64,000 nucleotides of DNA, taken from contig CDMY01000291.1 in NCBI GenBank assembly GCA_001179505.1, forward strand, positions 68,040 to 132,039, given 5' to 3'. Shown piece by piece: positions 60,301 through 64,000 of the stretch (position 1 is the first letter of the stretch; each line of letters starts with the position of its first letter). The stretch comes from Vitrella brassicaformis CCMP3155 (taxonomy: Eukaryota; Protista; Chromerida). A program made the position numbers and the translations under genes. Below the pieces are notes generated by a model, which worked only from the letters and a program-made list of their open reading frames with translations, made no database searches and was not told the DNA's origin.

Positions 60301-63300
60301 ACAACGAATTGCATGATAAACAGCGACATGAGCCACACCAGCAGCCCTCTCAGCTCTGTCAAATTCAGAATGTCCATACTGCCTCGGTCGAACGGCCACA
60401 CGGCGAACTGCAGCGCCAGACACGCTGCGGCGATGACTGTCCAGCCGAGCAGCTGTCTGTTCTCCGAAGTCGCTTGCTGTGCGATAAGCAGCACCAACAC
60501 CCGCCTCATCGCAAGCACTGCGTCCCAGTAGTAAAAGTGCTTCCGGTAGCCCGTGTAAAGGAAGCCCACCCGCCTGCGCGTGTGGTGGTCCTGTAGACTG
60601 TCTCTGTGCCGCCACAGAAACGCCACGCCACATATGACAGGGGCGAAGGTCCACAGGAGCAGACCAGCCACAGCGATCCACAGGAACGGCGCGTGTTCGG
60701 CCGACCGGCAGATGACGTGTGGATCGAGGTCCATCCGGGGCCTTGGGTGGTCCCTCGGGTCAAAAGGCAGCCGACTGACGCCCTCGCCCGGGGCGATACG
60801 GATCACATCGGCCACATAAGGATACCATCGGCAGCGCAGGAGGGCCAGCATACTCTTGGTGACGGTGGGGTGAATGAACGTGAGAATCACGACCATCATG
60901 GTGCCGCGGTCGTCGAGCCACTGCCGCCATCGGCCGCTCTTGCGGGGCTCCGCCAGGGAGTGTTGGCACGAATGGGGCGTCTCTGGCTCGGTTGCCGACT
61001 CCTGGAATGTGACCGCTCGCTGGTAAGGACCCTCTGCGGCGGTGTTGTGTGCCTTTCCGTTAGTGACCGATGGCGGCGCTGAGAGGGCTCGGAGGTAGGT
61101 GTCGGTGGCGAATGAATCGTCGGTGCCGATGCGCCTCTTCGACTTGAGTGCCTCACGCACTCTGTCAAACCCACTCGCTGCACTCAATGACACGACAAGG
61201 CAGAAATGACCACAGTGGATCGCTTCTCTGGTTGAGTGCATCTGTCGCTACCAATGAGGGGCACAGCAGTGAGCCAGGTCAGTGGTAGCCCCAACCATAT
61301 GGCGTGGCGATACAGCACGCATTTGTCGCCCACGTATGGCCTCATCAAACACTCCCAAACCTGGAGGAAGCGGCGGAGGGGAGGGTAGAAAGACAGACAG
61401 ACAGACAGACACCCACGGCACACACATGAAGGTCAGGATTGACGGCTGGATGGATCGATTGATTCATGGGTGAAGGCGACTTACTTGATAGCTTTGCGGA
61501 ACGCCTCCACTCCATCCGAAAAAGGAGCTGATCAGTGGAGATATCTGATCGCCCCAGAGGGACTCGTCGAACACGAGAAAGGCCAGCCCACAAACCTGCA
61601 CACATACATGCGCACACAGCGGTGGGGGACGTCCTGCGAGCGATGTGAGTGCATTGCGTACGGCGGTGATGTGCGACAGTCCGATTTTGGTCAGTTGGGA
61701 GGGGACCTCAGCCCTCTGTGTGGCCGCGGCGCTGAATGTGTGACGCCACGCACAAACGAAGAGAACACAGACATGCAGACAGACGAGTTGGCAGATGACT
61801 ATGCGCCTCACACCAGCCGACCGTTCAGCGAGTGCCGTCAGAATGAAGATGGCCAGCAGAGTGGCGACGACAAGCAACACGTTGACAACGACGATCTGCC
61901 AAAGGGCCGCACATGGGGCGCACGGCTGCTGGGGCGTCTGGCGCGAGAAGCCCTTTTCGCACCGATTGCACACAAAGCCCTCATGGCCCTCCTGACACAC
62001 AGACGATGCAGAGACATGTCACAGTGGCGACGGCCTGGGCGAAAGGACAGCTGTTGGCTCTCACCGAGCATATGTTGAGTCCAGATGTCTTGTCAGTGCC
62101 TCTGCACGACGCTGGCAATGGGCACGGTATGACTATGGGCAACTCAGTCAAACCGGCGCCATACCTGAGAGCGCAAACAACACCATACCGAAATGCCTAT
62201 TTGCTTCTAAAGGTTTGCTTCTTACGTCGTCACTTCTCGTGTGGCGCTGGGGGATGCGCCGGCCGACTGCAGGTGGGCAGTGAGTTGGAAGAACCTTGGC
62301 AGCACACTCGCATTGTAGTTGATGGGGACGGAGCAGTCCAATCCCTCCTGACAGTCCTGGCAGATCCACCTGCTGCGACTTCCGTCACTGCCGGCGTTGC
62401 GCACACCGACAGATCCCGCCGTGCACGGCTCGCAGGGCTCGTTGCCCCTCTTCTCGTAGCCAAGACGACAGAAACAGGCAGCCGAGCCCTCCTCAGAACC
62501 TGCCAACCATACTTGTAGGCCAACATAACGCAGATTGGGAGTCTGTTCGTGTCGGCGCCGACCTGCGTCATCGGGGCATCGCTGGCACGATTGTGTGCCG
62601 ACCTGTCTGTTGCTGTGGGTGCCCGCTGGGCACTTGGTGCAGTCCTTGCCCGTGCCGCTGTAGCCAGGCAGACAGCGGCAGAGCTTCTCCTCAGCCACGC
62701 TGAAGTCGACCATTATCCACGTGTTGCAGAGGGTGGTGCACTCGTAAGTTGAGTTGGACAGGCCGTTCGGGTCTCTCTGGGGGACGTACGCTGCACACAA
62801 AGACAGACACGTTAGGCTCTCCGTGAATGTTTTCCCTCACCAGCAGGGTTTGGCACCAGCGTGTCAGCGGAGACGTTCTTGAGGCTCAACACGTCTTCAC
62901 AGCTCTGCAGGCAAACAGAGTAGACACCCAAACACGGTGGGACCTCATGTCATGGGCCTTCGACCGGCCTGATCCGCCTGACCCACCTGTATGTCCAGGC
63001 TGTCATCGATACGGTCGATTCTGAGATTTGGGTTGCCATCGATTCTGACGTCCAGGCCCGCAAGCCAATCACCGCGGACGCTCTCGAGAGGGTTTGACGA
63101 GAGGTCAGCACGCGCCAGATTCCTCAGCCGTAACTCATCCAGGGCGACAATCGAGTTGTGGCTGAGGAAGAGCCGCGTAAGAGAAACGAACCCCGGGCGC
63201 AGAGTCGGGTAGGCGGCCTGCACACATAAACACAAGGAGAGGGTGATGTAGGGCTGGACACAGTCTGTCTGTGTGTTCTGTTTACCACTGATCTCTCTGT

Positions 63301-64000
63301 AAACTATGTGTTGCCATATCTCGACAGACTACTGCGGTCATAGAATGTCACCGAGTCGCTGAGGGGGAAAGGGGAATAGTAAATGCATCGATATGTGTGT
63401 GTGCCTCAGCCCCCTTTACCAGTCCAGCCGCCCCGTGAGACCACAGCCAGCGCAGCTCAAGGTCATCAACCTACACAGACAAGAAGCACATCTCCCACAT
63501 CACACCCGACGGTGAGTGTCTCCTGACGTGTTGAGCTCCCGGAACGTCTGCATAAAGTCTCGAACTTCAACGCCCAAAGGATTGCCCGAGAAGTCAGCCT
63601 GCAAAATCGATATATGTCAGCAGCTCACATAATGGCAGTGACGTTGCTGAGTGCCCTTCGGTGCGGTGCCCACCCACCCGTTGGATGACCGGCCAGTAGG
63701 GAGGCGCCGGCAGTGCCAGCAGATACAGGGTGATGTGTGGCGTGACTGCCCAACAAATGCAAAGCAAGTGACAAGCGATGCGGCCCGAAGGAAAATGAGA
63801 AGCACAAACACACGTACTGCGAGCATTCGCCTCACAAAATCGCGCTGAAGTCCTCCCCCACGTCGGCCATCCGCTGAGCTGATTGCCCTTGAGGAATATC
63901 TCCTCCAACGCAGGCATGCTCTTCCACCCTTCTGGGACTGACGTCAGGCGATTGAACTCCATGTTCAACGTCACCAGCCTGCAGGTGAGAGCATGAAGGT
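57359..64000 (-). CDS. LRR plus Cys-repeat (GCC2/GCC3, ephrin-receptor-like) multi-pass membrane protein, CRMP-like; the 5' end is outside the window
   Basis: LRRs (LNMEFNRLTSVP, LFLSHNSI, DLSSNPL). Cys repeats (CRCLPGYSGTGKDCTKCPAGTHS...CQRCP, CQEGHEGFVCNRCEKGF). The TM region has VGFLYTGYRKHFYYWDAVLAMRR. A 70-nt intron at 58136-58205 joins it in frame to the terminal exons ending NENDDDK*. Confidence 0.8.
58808..61031. repeat. Direct ~960-bp duplicate (58808-59769 and 60070-61031) flush with a 300-N gap (59770-60069)
   Basis: The sequence just right of the gap equals that starting at 58808, and the sequence just left of the gap equals that ending at 61031. The copies differ by scattered substitutions. 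Confidence 0.9.

Noticed and set aside
1-64000. CRISPR arrays, rRNA/tRNA genes, autonomous transposons
   Set aside because: None seen. Repeats are simple microsatellites, coding tandem units or gene duplications, and no transposase, RT or integrase motifs were found.
1-64000. Frequent TGCATGCA (an ApiAP2-type motif) as regulatory sites
   Set aside because: It occurs abundantly inside introns as part of low-complexity sequence, with no positional enrichment evident by eye.
1-64000. Most ORF-track entries rich in C/V/H/T (CVCVC, HTHT) and antisense ORFs
   Set aside because: They are translations of intronic or intergenic microsatellites or shadows of real exons.

Overview
Eukaryotic nuclear DNA with compact, intron-rich genes. 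Introns are about 60-150 nt and full of (GT)n, (CTGT)n and (GATG)n microsatellites, and there are two 300-N scaffold gaps. Intron style, GC-rich coding, a signal-peptide-plus-Phe bipartite plastid presequence and apicomplexan-like PAN/Apple and Cys-repeat membrane proteins suggest a chromerid alveolate such as Vitrella brassicaformis (inference; no database search was possible). The strongest feature is an intact head-to-head pair of anaerobic fermentation genes: adhE (bifunctional acetaldehyde/alcohol dehydrogenase, minus strand) and pfl (pyruvate formate-lyase, plus strand). Their ATGs are 244 bp apart and neither has a targeting peptide. Other intact genes: histidine phosphatase, KH-like protein, triple-RRM CELF-like protein, RNF114/166-type RING-Di19-UIM E3 ligase, plastid-targeted protein, eIF5A, secreted NUDT9-like Nudix hydrolase with an NLS-like motif, secreted PAN/Apple-GH10 xylanase, and the 3' part of an LRR/Cys-repeat multi-TM protein. 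The window also holds two inverted duplications (26.7-34.5 kb and 52.2-58.2 kb) and secreted proteins with an RxLR-EER-like motif. Several genes are damaged in ways the ORF track hides: a PARP catalytic-domain remnant, a CCCH-kinase pseudogene, an EGF protein with TAG in its signal peptide, MND1 frameshifted at codon 3, and a 5'-truncated ZIP4/SPO22 fragment. Gene models were spliced by eye from GT-AG boundaries, and family assignments rest on recognised motifs.
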